Program-made: the position numbers and the translations under genes
Part shown: positions 38,265-48,103 of the stretch, one piece after another
Layout of the letters: the number at the start of each line of letters is the position of its first letter
Position numbering within the stretch: the first letter of the stretch is position 1
Virus record (IMG/VR): IMGVR_UViG_2706795922_000001
Span: 11,627-75,626 of that record
Origin: a virus
Taxonomy: Duplodnaviria > Caudoviricetes
DNA: 64,000 bases
Direction: 5' to 3' (one strand)
The notes under the pieces: model-generated
Told to the model about the DNA's origin: nothing
Database searches by the model: none
The model's input: only the letters and a program-made list of their open reading frames with translations

Positions 38265-39128
38265 GTGGTGGCCGTTTACTTAAGGGCTTACAACGAGGAA
38301 CTGGGCACCGTGCGAAATGTGGCGGTGCCCTTTCAGTATCCCGGTGGCGAATGGGACCTTAAAGCGGTCCACCAGTTCGACTACCAGTACGTGACGTGGG
38401 TGGCCGAAGTTCGCGGCGCTGACCTTAACGACTATATGGCGGCGGCTCTGCTGTCTAACGTCGCGGTACAGCGTGGCGAGGACTTCGTTCTTATGGTCCC
38501 TTACCTGCCTGCTGCTCGCGCGGACAAGGGGAGTCCTGCCGGTTGCATCCCGTATGGCGACCTAATCGCGGCGATGAACACGACGAACATCATCACGATT
38601 GATCCGCACTCTTACCGGATGCCCGACTATCTGCGGGCGACCGCTGGTGCGGTTACCGCGTTGTCGGCGCTGCCGCTGCTGGACCGGTCGCTTGAGAGCC
38701 AGGGGCATTGGCGGTTCGACGGGATCATTGCACCGGATAAGGGCGCTAAGGACCGCGCCGAAGAGGTCGCTAAGCATTACGGGTTGGACCTGTATGTGGC
38801 CGACAAGGTGCGCGATTTCGACACCGGCAAGATTCTTGACTACAAGATCAACGTTCCTAAGAGCGGTCAATATCTGGTGGTTGACGATATCTGCGACGGC
38901 GGCTGGACGTTCAAAGAGCTAGCGGAGGTTAGCGGCCTGTTCCAGTCGCAGCTTAGCTTGTGGGTTACGCATGGAATCTTTTCCGGTAACGCCCATGAGC
39001 TTCGCACTTATTACCGGCGCATCTATACGACGGACTCGCATCCCGGCCATAACCGGGTGGGGATCGCTACGACGATTGTGCCCACCTTTACCTACATGCA
39101 TGAAGCGATGACTAAGGGGATCAAGTGA
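38265..39128 (+). CDS. ribose-phosphate pyrophosphokinase-like enzyme (Adps-like)
   Basis: PYLPAARADK, IDPHS, APDKGA, VVDDICDGG, THGIFS. Confidence 0.88.
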   Translation: MVAVYLRAYNEELGTVRNVAVPFQYPGGEWDLKAVHQFDYQYVTWVAEVRGADLNDYMAAALLSNVAVQRGEDFVLMVPYLPAARADKGSPAGCIPYGDLIAAMNTTNIITIDPHSYRMPDYLRATAGAVTALSALPLLDRSLESQGHWRFDGIIAPDKGAKDRAEEVAKHYGLDLYVADKVRDFDTGKILDYKINVPKSGQYLVVDDICDGGWTFKELAEVSGLFQSQLSLWVTHGIFSGNAHELRTYYRRIYTTDSHPGHNRVGIATTIVPTFTYMHEAMTKGIK

Positions 39129-40600
39129 GCACGAAATTCGCGCCAGTGGCGGCGCTGTTCCAGACGGACGCGTACAAGCTGGGGCACATTCAGCAGTACG
39201 CGCTTAGCGGGAACGTGACTAACGTCTATTCCAACTGGACTAACCGGAAGTCGCGCCTGCCAGGCGTCGATAAGGTCGTTCACTTCGGCTTGCAGGCTTA
39301 TATCGCTAAGCACCTGATGGAAGCGTTTGAGCCGTTCTTTGAGGCTGACGAGGACACGGTTGCCGCGCTGTACGAGGAACGCGTTACGCAGATTCTCGGG
39401 CCTAACACGATTGGCTCCGGCCATATCCGCAAGCTGCACCGTAAGGGCTATCTGCCGCTCCGCTTCTGTGCGGTGCCGGAGGGGACGATGGTTCCTATCG
39501 GCGTGCCTAGCTTCACCGTGGAGAACACGGACCCGGAGTTCTACTGGCTGACCAACTACGTGGAGACCGGCATTAGCGCGGGCGTGTGGCAGGCCAGCAC
39601 TAGCGCGACCATCGCTAAGGAATACCGGCGCGTGATGATGGACGCGGCGCGGCTTACCGGCTCAGACCCGGTTGGCGTTGACTGGCAGGTCCACGACTTC
39701 TCTTACCGGGGCATGTCCTCGCATGAGAGCGCGGCGGCGTCGGGCGCGGCTCACCTGTTGAGCTTCACCGGAACGGACTCGCTGGTGTCGCTTGAGTGGA
39801 TCGACCGCTACTACGGCGGCGACTACATCGCTGGCTCGGTGCCCGCTACTGAGCACTCGGTGATGTGTACCGGCATTGAGACGGTAGGGGAGCTTGAGAC
39901 GTTCAAGCGGCTCTTGGCGCTGTACCCGGACGGGATCGTTAGCGTCGTTAGCGACACCTTCGATCTGTGGCGCGTGCTGTGGGAGTACCTGCCTGCCTTG
40001 CAGAAGCAGATCATGGCGCGCAACGGCAAGCTGGTGATCCGGCCTGACTCGGGCGATCCGGAAAAGATCATCTGCGGTGATCCTGACGCGCCGGTCGGCT
40101 CTAAAGAGTGGTACGGCGTGCTGGGCGCTCTCTACGAGCACTTCGGCGGCAAGCAGAACGCGGCGGGCTTCATTGAGATTGATTCGCACGTAGGCGTCAT
40201 TTACGGCGACTCCATCACGCTTGAGCGCGCTAAGAGCATCACTGACCGGATGGCGAAGCTCGGCTATGCCTCTTCCAATGTGGTGTTCGGTGTGGGCAGC
40301 TTCACCTACCAGCACAACACGCGCGACACGTTCGGGTCCGCGATGAAAGCGACGTGGGTAAAGGTCGGCGCTAACACGTACGACCTGCTTAAGGACCCGG
40401 TTACCGACGACGGCACCAAGAAGTCCGCGACCGGGCGTCTGGCGGTGCTACGCGATCTGCACGGCGAGCTTGTACTTCTGCAAAGGGCCGACTGGATGGA
40501 CGAATACTCGTCGGAGCTTCGTCCGGTTTGGGAGAACGGCAAGTTCGTCAACTTCCAGTCATTTGCCCACGTCAGGGGCGTGCTGGGGTCCTACTCGTAA
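39125..40600 (+). CDS. nicotinamide phosphoribosyltransferase-like enzyme (Namat-like)
   Basis: TDAYKLGH, HDFSYRG, SVPATEHSVM, SVVSDTFD, IRPDSGDP, YGDSIT, KKSATG. Confidence 0.92.
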   Translation: MSTKFAPVAALFQTDAYKLGHIQQYALSGNVTNVYSNWTNRKSRLPGVDKVVHFGLQAYIAKHLMEAFEPFFEADEDTVAALYEERVTQILGPNTIGSGHIRKLHRKGYLPLRFCAVPEGTMVPIGVPSFTVENTDPEFYWLTNYVETGISAGVWQASTSATIAKEYRRVMMDAARLTGSDPVGVDWQVHDFSYRGMSSHESAAASGAAHLLSFTGTDSLVSLEWIDRYYGGDYIAGSVPATEHSVMCTGIETVGELETFKRLLALYPDGIVSVVSDTFDLWRVLWEYLPALQKQIMARNGKLVIRPDSGDPEKIICGDPDAPVGSKEWYGVLGALYEHFGGKQNAAGFIEIDSHVGVIYGDSITLERAKSITDRMAKLGYASSNVVFGVGSFTYQHNTRDTFGSAMKATWVKVGANTYDLLKDPVTDDGTKKSATGRLAVLRDLHGELVLLQRADWMDEYSSELRPVWENGKFVNFQSFAHVRGVLGSYS

Positions 40601-40607
40601 ATTCAGG

Positions 40608-40653
40608 TGTCCGACTTTCCGGACAGATTGGCGTCTGTCCGGACTGTCGGTGC
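40608..40653. promoter_or_regulatory. distal copy of the immunity operator-like site
   Basis: TGTCCGACTTTCCGGACA (40608-40625) plus a partial inverted copy at 40636-40653. Confidence 0.6.
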
Positions 40654-40686
40654 TTGACTGATTTGCAGACGAGAAAGGGGGCCAGA

Positions 40687-41625
40687 ATGGCTCTGACTCT
40701 TACCGCGATGCGGGGATATCCCGGCTCGGGTAAAAGCACGAAAGCGCGGGAGATTGCGGACGCTACCGGGGCGGTAGTCGTTAACCGCGATGCGCTCCGG
40801 AAGATGCTTCACGGCGAGTGGTTCCACGACACGCACGCTAAGGACGCTAAGACGTTTGAGGCTGAGGTAACCATTGCGGAGCGCGCGGCGGTTCAGGCTT
40901 ACCTCAAAGAGGGCGTGTCGGTGGTGGTGGACGCTACGCACTTGGAGCCGTCTTACCTCCGCAAGTGGAGCAAGCTCGCGGCGCAGTACGGCGCTCAGTT
41001 CGTCCGCGTTGACGTGGATACGGACTTGGCGACGTGTAAGCAGCGTGACCATGCTCGGATGCTGGCTGGTGGCCGGTACGTCGGTGACAAGGTGATTGAC
41101 CGGATGGCTAAGCGTCATCCGGTTAAGAACTGGCCGGATATTCAAGCGCCACCCACCTTTGAGGTTGAGCCGGTCGAATGGCTGCCGTGCCTGCCTGAGG
41201 CGATCATCGTTGACATTGACGGGACGCTCGCGCAGATGACCGGGCGCTCTCCGTACGACTACAGCCAGGTCCATACGGACGTGGTTGACGAGCAGATCAA
41301 GTGGCTCGTTAACACGCTCTGGCAGTGGAACGAGGACTTGCGGGTTCTGATCGTTTCCGGGCGAGACGACGAGTGCCGGGACGCAACCTTTAGCTGGCTG
41401 GTCGCTAACGGTATTCGGTTCGACCAGTTGCATATGCGGCCTACCGGCTCGGTGGATAACCACGGAAACAAGCTGCCGGATTACCTGATCAAGTACCGGC
41501 TGTTCAACGAGCACATTCGCGGGAAGTACAACGTCCGCTTTGTGCTGGACGACCGTAATCAGGTGGTGGACCTGTGGCGTTCACTCGGGCTTAAGTGCCT
41601 GCAAGTTCAACCGGGAGATTTCTAA
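40687..41625 (+). CDS. pnk: polynucleotide kinase/3'-phosphatase (T4 Pnk-like)
   Basis: GYPGSGKST P-loop, NRDALR; HAD DIDGT, SGR, LDDR. Confidence 0.92.
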   Translation: MALTLTAMRGYPGSGKSTKAREIADATGAVVVNRDALRKMLHGEWFHDTHAKDAKTFEAEVTIAERAAVQAYLKEGVSVVVDATHLEPSYLRKWSKLAAQYGAQFVRVDVDTDLATCKQRDHARMLAGGRYVGDKVIDRMAKRHPVKNWPDIQAPPTFEVEPVEWLPCLPEAIIVDIDGTLAQMTGRSPYDYSQVHTDVVDEQIKWLVNTLWQWNEDLRVLIVSGRDDECRDATFSWLVANGIRFDQLHMRPTGSVDNHGNKLPDYLIKYRLFNEHIRGKYNVRFVLDDRNQVVDLWRSLGLKCLQVQPGDF

Positions 41626-41807
41626 TGCCGACGATAAGCATTACGCCTAACGGCGTGCAGTTCCCGATTCCGGATTGTGACGCTGAGGTCTTTTATGACC
41701 CTAAGACGCGCACTCTCCTGATTGAGGGGCTAACAGACGAGGACCGCATTACCACGCGTTCCGACAGTAGGGACGGCTCACAGGCGGTTCTTATCCGGAT
41801 CGCGTAA

Positions 41808-42200
41808 GTGGAGCACCGGCTAACAGTGCCTTTCAAACGGCCACCCATGACCGCTAATGATCAGCGGCGCGCACACTGGGCCGTAGTTGCTAAGGCCAAG
41901 AAAGAAGTCGGGGACGTAGTTGAGTGGCAGGCACGGCGGGCGGGCATTAAGGACTTAGGTCCGTCCGTCGTGTCGGTCCTCTGGTACACGCCCACTAAGC
42001 GTGCTACCGACTCCGATTCACTCGGGCCGTTCGTTAAGGGTGCTCTGGACGGCTTAGTAAGGGCTGGGGTCTGGCCTGACGACAACTCGCGTTACGTCAA
42101 ACAGACCTGCATGGCAGTAAGTGACGGGGATACGAAAAACCCACGTATTGAGATAAGGATTAGGGAAGTTGGCGACACAGGAATTGAAGTGGTGGCATGA
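41808..42200 (+). CDS. RusA-like resolvase
   Basis: PPMTAN..DSDSL..KGALDGL..DD pattern. Confidence 0.75.
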   Translation: MEHRLTVPFKRPPMTANDQRRAHWAVVAKAKKEVGDVVEWQARRAGIKDLGPSVVSVLWYTPTKRATDSDSLGPFVKGALDGLVRAGVWPDDNSRYVKQTCMAVSDGDTKNPRIEIRIREVGDTGIEVVA

Positions 42201-42438
42201 GGCGCTTTGCGCTCAGGTAGACACCGATCTGTTCTTTCCGGAAAAGGGTCAGGGCGTTTCGCTTGCTAGGCGGGTCTGCAATCTCTGCCCGGTTAAGGCT
42301 GAGTGCCTTGAGGACGCTTTGGTTGAGGAATACGGCAAGTGCAAAACCCTCCGCTTCGGTGTGCGCGGCGGGACGACCCCTAACGCTCGGTACCACATGG
42401 AAAAGCAGCGTGAGCGCGAAATGACGGAGGCGGCGTGA
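42169..42438 (+). CDS. WhiB-family transcription factor
   Basis: ALC..DLFFP..VCNLCPVKAEC..FGVRGG. Confidence 0.88.
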   Translation: MATQELKWWHEALCAQVDTDLFFPEKGQGVSLARRVCNLCPVKAECLEDALVEEYGKCKTLRFGVRGGTTPNARYHMEKQREREMTEAA

Positions 42439-42758
42439 CCATAGAGGCTCTGCACTTGTCCGGTATCCGGACCCGTCAGATTCCCGAATTAGCGGACTTC
42501 CCGTCGCTCCCAGGCGCGCTCTGCAAGGGCCATGAGGACCCGGACCTATGGCACCCCGGCCCAGGCGCGGGAGGCCGTAACAGGCGCGATCAGGCCATCG
42601 CAATCTGCAAGCAGTGCCCGGTACAAGCGGCGTGTCTGGAATACGCATTGGAGTGGGACCGGGACCACGCCTACCTAGACCGCGTGCAGGGCGTCTGGGG
42701 CGGTGTCGCTGAGCCTGACCGCAGGAAAATGCTTAAGGAGAATAAGGGTGCTGCTTAG
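42435..42758 (+). CDS. WhiB-family transcription factor
   Basis: ALC..ICKQCPVQAAC..GVWGG. Confidence 0.88.
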   Translation: MTIEALHLSGIRTRQIPELADFPSLPGALCKGHEDPDLWHPGPGAGGRNRRDQAIAICKQCPVQAACLEYALEWDRDHAYLDRVQGVWGGVAEPDRRKMLKENKGAA

Positions 42759-43227
42759 CACGAAGATCAAGCTGGACTGCGGGGTTCTGGACTACTCCTA
42801 CAACCCGGTAGCCGACAACCATTGCGTGAAGTTCCAAGCGGGCTGCACGCGGGGTATGTGGGTCAAGCTGCTCTACAAGCCGGGCGAGGTAATCAGCGCG
42901 ATTGCGCCTTACCGGGGGCATCCGGACGTGGACGCGCTCTGCTCCTGGTTGCAGAGTCAAGCCAAGCTGCCGCGCTATGTCCGCTAGGTACATCGTTCTG
43001 CGCTTTGAGAAAGGCGCGGACGGTGAGCGGTCTGTGGAGTGGGAGCTTAACGAGAACATGGACGACCCTAAGCGTCCTAGCTGGGGTCCTAAGCGCTACC
43101 GCACGTTCAAGCGCGAGAAAGACGCGATCCGGTACGCGATCAAAACTCACGGTTCGGTCCTGAGGGTTGGCGTTGACCCATTGACAATGGAGGTTTCTAC
43201 GCGGTGGGTGACGACTTACGAACCGCT

Positions 43228-43788
43228 GTGAGTCCGCGTTGCCGCTCCGGTAAGCGATGCGTCAGCCGCACGTCGGACGGTCCCGCTCTGGTGGCGCTCC
43301 GTCCGCTGTGCGACGGCTGCGTTAAGGACATTCAGAAGTGCCTTGACGAACTGCCCGGCTACATAGGGATGCTTGAGCTTTACAAGGGCTACACGCCCGG
43401 CTCAGTTGGGCAGTCCAAGGTAAGCAACGGGTCCACGGAGCCTAAAGCGCCGCTGAACATGACGGTCATTGACCTTATCGGCCAGGCGCACGCGGTGATC
43501 CGTCGCGTGGACGGCTATCTGGTGCGGGACCTAATCACGCTTAGCGGCGGCTTAGAGATTGCGTTGGATATCCGCGATGTGCATTCCAAGGCTGACGGGA
43601 TTATCGGCCTGCAACGGGTGTGGGAGCGGCGGCGCGTCCCCTGCCCAGATTGCAACCTAGCCACTCTCGGGGGATGGCTGGGAGAGGACCGCATTTACTG
43701 CACTAACAGTGAGTGCATGTCCGTCTTTAGTAAAGCGCAGTACGAAGAGTATTGCTTAGCGAAATCGAAAGAGAGAAAGCGTGCCTAA
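43228..43788 (+). CDS. Cys-rich hypothetical protein
   Basis: several CxxC pairs; GTGA overlap. Confidence 0.6.
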   Translation: MSPRCRSGKRCVSRTSDGPALVALRPLCDGCVKDIQKCLDELPGYIGMLELYKGYTPGSVGQSKVSNGSTEPKAPLNMTVIDLIGQAHAVIRRVDGYLVRDLITLSGGLEIALDIRDVHSKADGIIGLQRVWERRRVPCPDCNLATLGGWLGEDRIYCTNSECMSVFSKAQYEEYCLAKSKERKRA

Positions 43789-44164
43789 CGCGGCTATTCA
43801 AATTCAAGGCAACCTCACCGCTGATCCGGAACTGAGGTTCTTGGACTCCGGCGTGGCGGTCGCTCAGTTCTCGGTGGCGTCTACTCCCCGCAAGTTCAAC
43901 AAGCAGACGAACGAGTGGGAGGACGGCGAAACCGTGTTCCTCCGTACGTCGGTGTGGCGCGAGCTTGCAGAGGGCGCGGCTGAGAACCTGCGTAAGGGTG
44001 ACAACGTTGTCGTGATCGGCAACCTCAAGCAGCGCGCTTACGAGAAGGACGGCCAGACTCGCACCGTCTTTGAGATTGACGGCGAGTTCGTCGGCAAGAG
44101 CGTGCGTGCGCGTAAGAGTGGTGGCGGCTCTAAGGCTGCCGCTAACGACGGTCCCGGCTGGTAA
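43781..44164 (+). CDS. ssb: single-stranded DNA-binding protein
   Basis: GNLTADPELRF..VAQFSVASTPR..KGDNVVVIGNLKQR actinobacterial SSB signature. Confidence 0.95.
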   Translation: MPNAAIQIQGNLTADPELRFLDSGVAVAQFSVASTPRKFNKQTNEWEDGETVFLRTSVWRELAEGAAENLRKGDNVVVIGNLKQRAYEKDGQTRTVFEIDGEFVGKSVRARKSGGGSKAAANDGPGW

Positions 44165-44188
44165 CCAGCCACGGACGACGAAACTCTT

Positions 44189-44407
44189 ATGTCTCACGAA
44201 AAGACTTCCGAGGTAGTTCGGAAGATTCATAAGGCTGCTCGCGTCCGGGGGATGGAACTAACCATTTCCCGGCGCGGGGGCAATCACACCATTTACGACT
44301 TAGACGGTCACATGGTCACTATCCCTAACGGCTCTAAGGTCACGCGGGTTGAGGCCACTTACCGGCAGTTGCAACCGAAACTTGGAAAAGGGTGGTGGCG
44401 CGAATGA
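44189..44407 (+). CDS. HicA-like small protein
   Basis: 72 aa; RRGGNHTIY..VTIP pattern. Confidence 0.5.
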   Translation: MSHEKTSEVVRKIHKAARVRGMELTISRRGGNHTIYDLDGHMVTIPNGSKVTRVEATYRQLQPKLGKGWWRE

Positions 44408-45702
44408 GCTTCGACGCACCTGAGAACGTTAACTACGCGGCGACCATCGTTAAGCTGCCTGAGCCGCAGGCGGTGCCGGGGCTGGACAACCTCGTCGGTA
44501 TCCCGATGTTCGGTTACCAGGCGCTAACGCAGAAGGACTCCGCTAAGGCCGGGGACCTCCGGGTGCTGTTCGTCGCGGAGACGCAGCTTGACCATGAGTA
44601 CGCGAGCGCCAACAACCTGTACCGGGAGGCGACCCTTAACGCGGACTCCACTCAGACCGGCTACCTAGAGCAGAACGCTCGGGTTAAGGCGATCCGGCTC
44701 CGCAAGAACCAGTCGGACTGTCTGCTGATGCCGCTTGAGTCGCTGGCCTACACCGGCTACGACGTGAGCACGCTCAAGGTCGGGGACACGTTCGACAAGC
44801 TGAACGGCCACGTTGTTTGCCGTAAGTACGTTCCTGCTGGTCAGCGCACCGCCGGCTCGGTTGCTGGGGCGCCCAAGATTCGGCAGCGGGTTGACCAGAA
44901 GTTGTTCCCGATGCATCTGGACACGGAGCACCTGTTCCGGAATCTCCAATGGTTCCGTAAGCCCCGCCACGTCGTCATCACGCAGAAGTTGCATGGGACT
45001 AGCTGGCGCGGCGGGAACGTGCCTGTGCGGCGAGATAAGGGCCGTTTGGAGCGCCTTGTGAACCGGCTGGGGATCAAGACTCCGGACACGGAGTACGAGC
45101 ATGTGTTCGGCTCGCGTCGGGTGGTCAAGGGCAAGAGCACCGACAACCACTACTACGAGTCCGATCTGTGGACCGACTACGGGCAGAAGCTCTTGGGGCT
45201 TATCCCTAAGAACTTCATGGTCTACGGCGAGCTTATTGGGTGGGTGGACGACCAGTCCCCGATTCAGAAGGGCTACACGTACAACCTGCTGCCGGGCACC
45301 GCTGAGCTTTACGTGTACCGGGTGGCGACGGTTAACGAGGACGGCGTTATCGCTGACCTGTCCTGGGAGGGCGTTAAGGACTTCTGCCGGTCGCTTGGGC
45401 TTAAGTGGACGCCTGAGCTTTGGGCGGGGATCGAATGCGTGCCGGAATCGGTAGACGATGAGAGCTTCGTTTCCGGCTACCAGTTGGACTACTTGGACGC
45501 GCGGTTCACCGATAGTCCGGGTGCCCAGCATTTCAACGAGGCTCCGGTTCCGCTTAGCAACGCTAAGACGGTGGATGAGGGCATTTGCGTGCGGATTGAG
45601 GGTCAGATTCCGCGCGTGTTCAAGGCCAAGTCTCCCAAGTTCTTGGAACACGAGACTAAGGCGCTTGATAACAACGAGGTCGATTTGGAGGCCGCTGCTT
45701 AA
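44404..45702 (+). CDS. ATP-dependent RNA ligase (Rnl2/DRB0094-like)
   Basis: TQKLHGTS adenylylation motif, VYGEL, DEGICVR, FKAKS. Confidence 0.88.
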   Translation: MSFDAPENVNYAATIVKLPEPQAVPGLDNLVGIPMFGYQALTQKDSAKAGDLRVLFVAETQLDHEYASANNLYREATLNADSTQTGYLEQNARVKAIRLRKNQSDCLLMPLESLAYTGYDVSTLKVGDTFDKLNGHVVCRKYVPAGQRTAGSVAGAPKIRQRVDQKLFPMHLDTEHLFRNLQWFRKPRHVVITQKLHGTSWRGGNVPVRRDKGRLERLVNRLGIKTPDTEYEHVFGSRRVVKGKSTDNHYYESDLWTDYGQKLLGLIPKNFMVYGELIGWVDDQSPIQKGYTYNLLPGTAELYVYRVATVNEDGVIADLSWEGVKDFCRSLGLKWTPELWAGIECVPESVDDESFVSGYQLDYLDARFTDSPGAQHFNEAPVPLSNAKTVDEGICVRIEGQIPRVFKAKSPKFLEHETKALDNNEVDLEAAA

Positions 45703-46352
45703 TGACTGACTACAAAGAGGAAATCAAGGCGCTGCGGTTGCGCGAGCTTAAGGCTAAGGCTGAGCTTGCAGAGTTGCACGCGGCTCAGGCCGCGCGCCAG
45801 GAGGCCCATTTCCTAGCGACTGATGACATGGTGCGTAAGCACTACTTCATTGGTGGCGTGGACTCTAAGAACGTCGCGGATTGCGCGCAGCACTTGGAGT
45901 TCTGGCACCGGATTGACCCGACGTGCGACATGACCATTGAGATTCACTCGGGCGGCGGCTCGGCGCTGGCGGGGATCAACCTGTTTGAGCACCTGACGCG
46001 CTACAGCTTGCAGGGCGGCGGGACGCACAAGCTGACCATGCATGTGTGTGGCCTGGCTGCCTCTATGGCGACGGTGCTGGTGCAGGCTGCCGACGAGCGT
46101 GTCATTGGGCCGGAGTCGTGGTTCATGGTGCATGAACTGTCGGGCCAGACGGCGGGCAAGATCGGTGAGCTTGAGGACACGATGAGCTTCTACCGGCGTC
46201 TTAACGACCGTATTGGCGAAATCTATGTGGCGCGGTCGGGCGGCAAGTTGTCCCCGGAGGGCTTTAAGGCTCTGTGGACGCGGCAGGACGTGTGGCTGAC
46301 GCCCACGCAGGCGCTTGACTTCGGCATGGTGGATCGGATTGGAGGCGTTTAA
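45702..46352 (+). CDS. ClpP-like protease
   Basis: HSGGG, GLAASMA (Ser), MVHE (His), DVWLT..ALDFGMVD. Confidence 0.88.
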   Translation: MTDYKEEIKALRLRELKAKAELAELHAAQAARQEAHFLATDDMVRKHYFIGGVDSKNVADCAQHLEFWHRIDPTCDMTIEIHSGGGSALAGINLFEHLTRYSLQGGGTHKLTMHVCGLAASMATVLVQAADERVIGPESWFMVHELSGQTAGKIGELEDTMSFYRRLNDRIGEIYVARSGGKLSPEGFKALWTRQDVWLTPTQALDFGMVDRIGGV

Positions 46353-46897
46353 TGAGCTTTAAGGCTCCTACCCTGAGGGATCAGGGCGCATACGGCGTGC
46401 AGCCGCATGAGGTCGCGTTCGCGCCTGAGGCTCCGGTGTCGCAGCCGGTGTCCAAGATCAAGGCGATTAAGGCGGCGCGCGATGCTGTCGAGCGCGGCGG
46501 GTTCGGTAACCGGCTGGGCCTTAAGGACGCTAAGGACGCGGTTGAGGCCGTGTTCCAGTCCATTGAGGATCAGGGGTTCAAGCTCGTTGACTCGCCGGTC
46601 GGTGAGGATGAGGTTGTCCTGTCGGACGCGGAGACCAAGGCGGCGCGTAAGGCGCTTACGCAGGTCCACGCTAACGCGGACGTGAAGCTGGCGGCGGTGC
46701 TGGCGGCGATCAACAACATTCGCAACAACGATCCGGTGGGCACGCTGCGTAAGAACAGCAAGGGCCAGTACGCGTTCTCCTACGAGCCGGGTAAGTGGCT
46801 GCTGATCGACGTGGATAAGCCTGCTTACCGGGCTGAGGAATCCCCGGCGCAGAGCGCGGCCATTCAGGGTTCCTGGGCGCTGATCGCTAAGGGCTAA
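46352..46897 (+). CDS. hypothetical protein with ribosomal protein L7/L12 CTD-like motif
   Basis: KIKAIKAAR..LGLKDAKDAVE. Confidence 0.55.
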   Translation: MSFKAPTLRDQGAYGVQPHEVAFAPEAPVSQPVSKIKAIKAARDAVERGGFGNRLGLKDAKDAVEAVFQSIEDQGFKLVDSPVGEDEVVLSDAETKAARKALTQVHANADVKLAAVLAAINNIRNNDPVGTLRKNSKGQYAFSYEPGKWLLIDVDKPAYRAEESPAQSAAIQGSWALIAKG

Positions 46898-46998
46898 GTG
46901 GCTGCGGTTCTTATCGGCGCGATGGTGGGGGTGCTCTTTCTGCTGATCATCCCCGCCATCGTTGTCGGCCTACTAGTGCTGATAAGGGACTTATTCAG

Positions 46999-47229
46999 AT
47001 GAGATACACATTGCTTGCCGGGTCGCGCGACGGCCTGGCCTTGGTGATGCATGAGGGCGGCGAGACGTACCGGTACAACCTGAACGGCGACGTAATCACC
47101 TACCAGCTTGCGGACCACGCGCGCGCGTTCTATCCGGGCACTTCTGAGACGTGGCATTACGTCGGTAAGACGTTTGACTCTGTGCAGCAGATGCAGGTCT
47201 GGTGGCGATACGAACGGACGGGTGTCTAA
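46999..47229 (+). CDS. hypothetical protein
   Basis: 76 aa ORF. Confidence 0.5.
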   Translation: MRYTLLAGSRDGLALVMHEGGETYRYNLNGDVITYQLADHARAFYPGTSETWHYVGKTFDSVQQMQVWWRYERTGV

Positions 47230-47560
47230 GTGGCCTTGGCCGTCAGATACTAAGGACGACCGGTACCGGAGGATCATTGATCACTACCGGTCGGCCTTAG
47301 CTGATATCGACCTAGAGGCTTGCTTAGCAGTCGATAAGAAGATGGCCGATTACGGACAGCCGTGGGTGTCTGATAACTCCGTCGTGGACGTTAACGAAAT
47401 GCTGAGCGCTCGCCAATTCGCGGAGCGGTTCGGTATCTCGGAATGGGACGTGCGGAATTGGGCTAAGCGGTACCCGGAGAAGATTCGCAAGCATAAGGCG
47501 GCTAATGGTCGGACGCTCTTTAGGGTGGGCGACGTACTGACGTACAACGCGACTCGCTAA
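47222..47560 (+). CDS. HTH DNA-binding protein
   Basis: LSARQFAERFGISEWDVRNWA; GTG start. Confidence 0.65.
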   Translation: MSKWPWPSDTKDDRYRRIIDHYRSALADIDLEACLAVDKKMADYGQPWVSDNSVVDVNEMLSARQFAERFGISEWDVRNWAKRYPEKIRKHKAANGRTLFRVGDVLTYNATR

Positions 47561-47609
47561 AGGGAACTCTTGGTCATGATTTAATTAAAGAGGGGAAAAG
47601 TGTATCTAA

Positions 47610-48017
47610 ATGTGGGCTGAGTCTCCGCTTGTGCCCGGCATTCAGGTTTCCGATCAGGGCATTATCAAGGGTCCCCGCAAAGAGCTTTCACAGTGGACAG
47701 ACGATCAGGGCTGTAAGCGCGTCAAGGCGGGCGGGAGGCCGTACGCGGTACATCTGCTGGTGTTGACTGCGTTCGTCGGCCCACGGCCACCTGGGGGCAA
47801 GCCACGATGGCTTAACGGTGACCCAACGGACAACCGGCTGGTGAATCTCACCTGGCAGGTTCCCGACGAGCCGGAAGTGCTGACGCGGATCAATCGCTGC
47901 CGGAACGGTCACGTCTACTCACGCGAGAACACGAAGGTATGGGGTTCAGGTCACCGGATTTGTTTGGACTGCGAACGCGGCCATCCCCCGGTGATAACGC
48001 TTCCAGAGGTTCTATAG
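47610..48017 (+). CDS. NUMOD4/HNH-like endonuclease (possibly degenerate)
   Basis: VSDQG, VHLLVLTAFVGPRP, NGDPTDNRLVNL, CRNGH; expected His replaced by W. Confidence 0.65.
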   Translation: MWAESPLVPGIQVSDQGIIKGPRKELSQWTDDQGCKRVKAGGRPYAVHLLVLTAFVGPRPPGGKPRWLNGDPTDNRLVNLTWQVPDEPEVLTRINRCRNGHVYSRENTKVWGSGHRICLDCERGHPPVITLPEVL

Positions 48018-48103
48018 CGCGCACGCCCAGTGTGGGGCGGTTCTGGCTGCGCTAGCGGACGGTCATATAGCGGGCCGTCCGTTCTTTCGCGTTAGGAGGT
48101 CAC

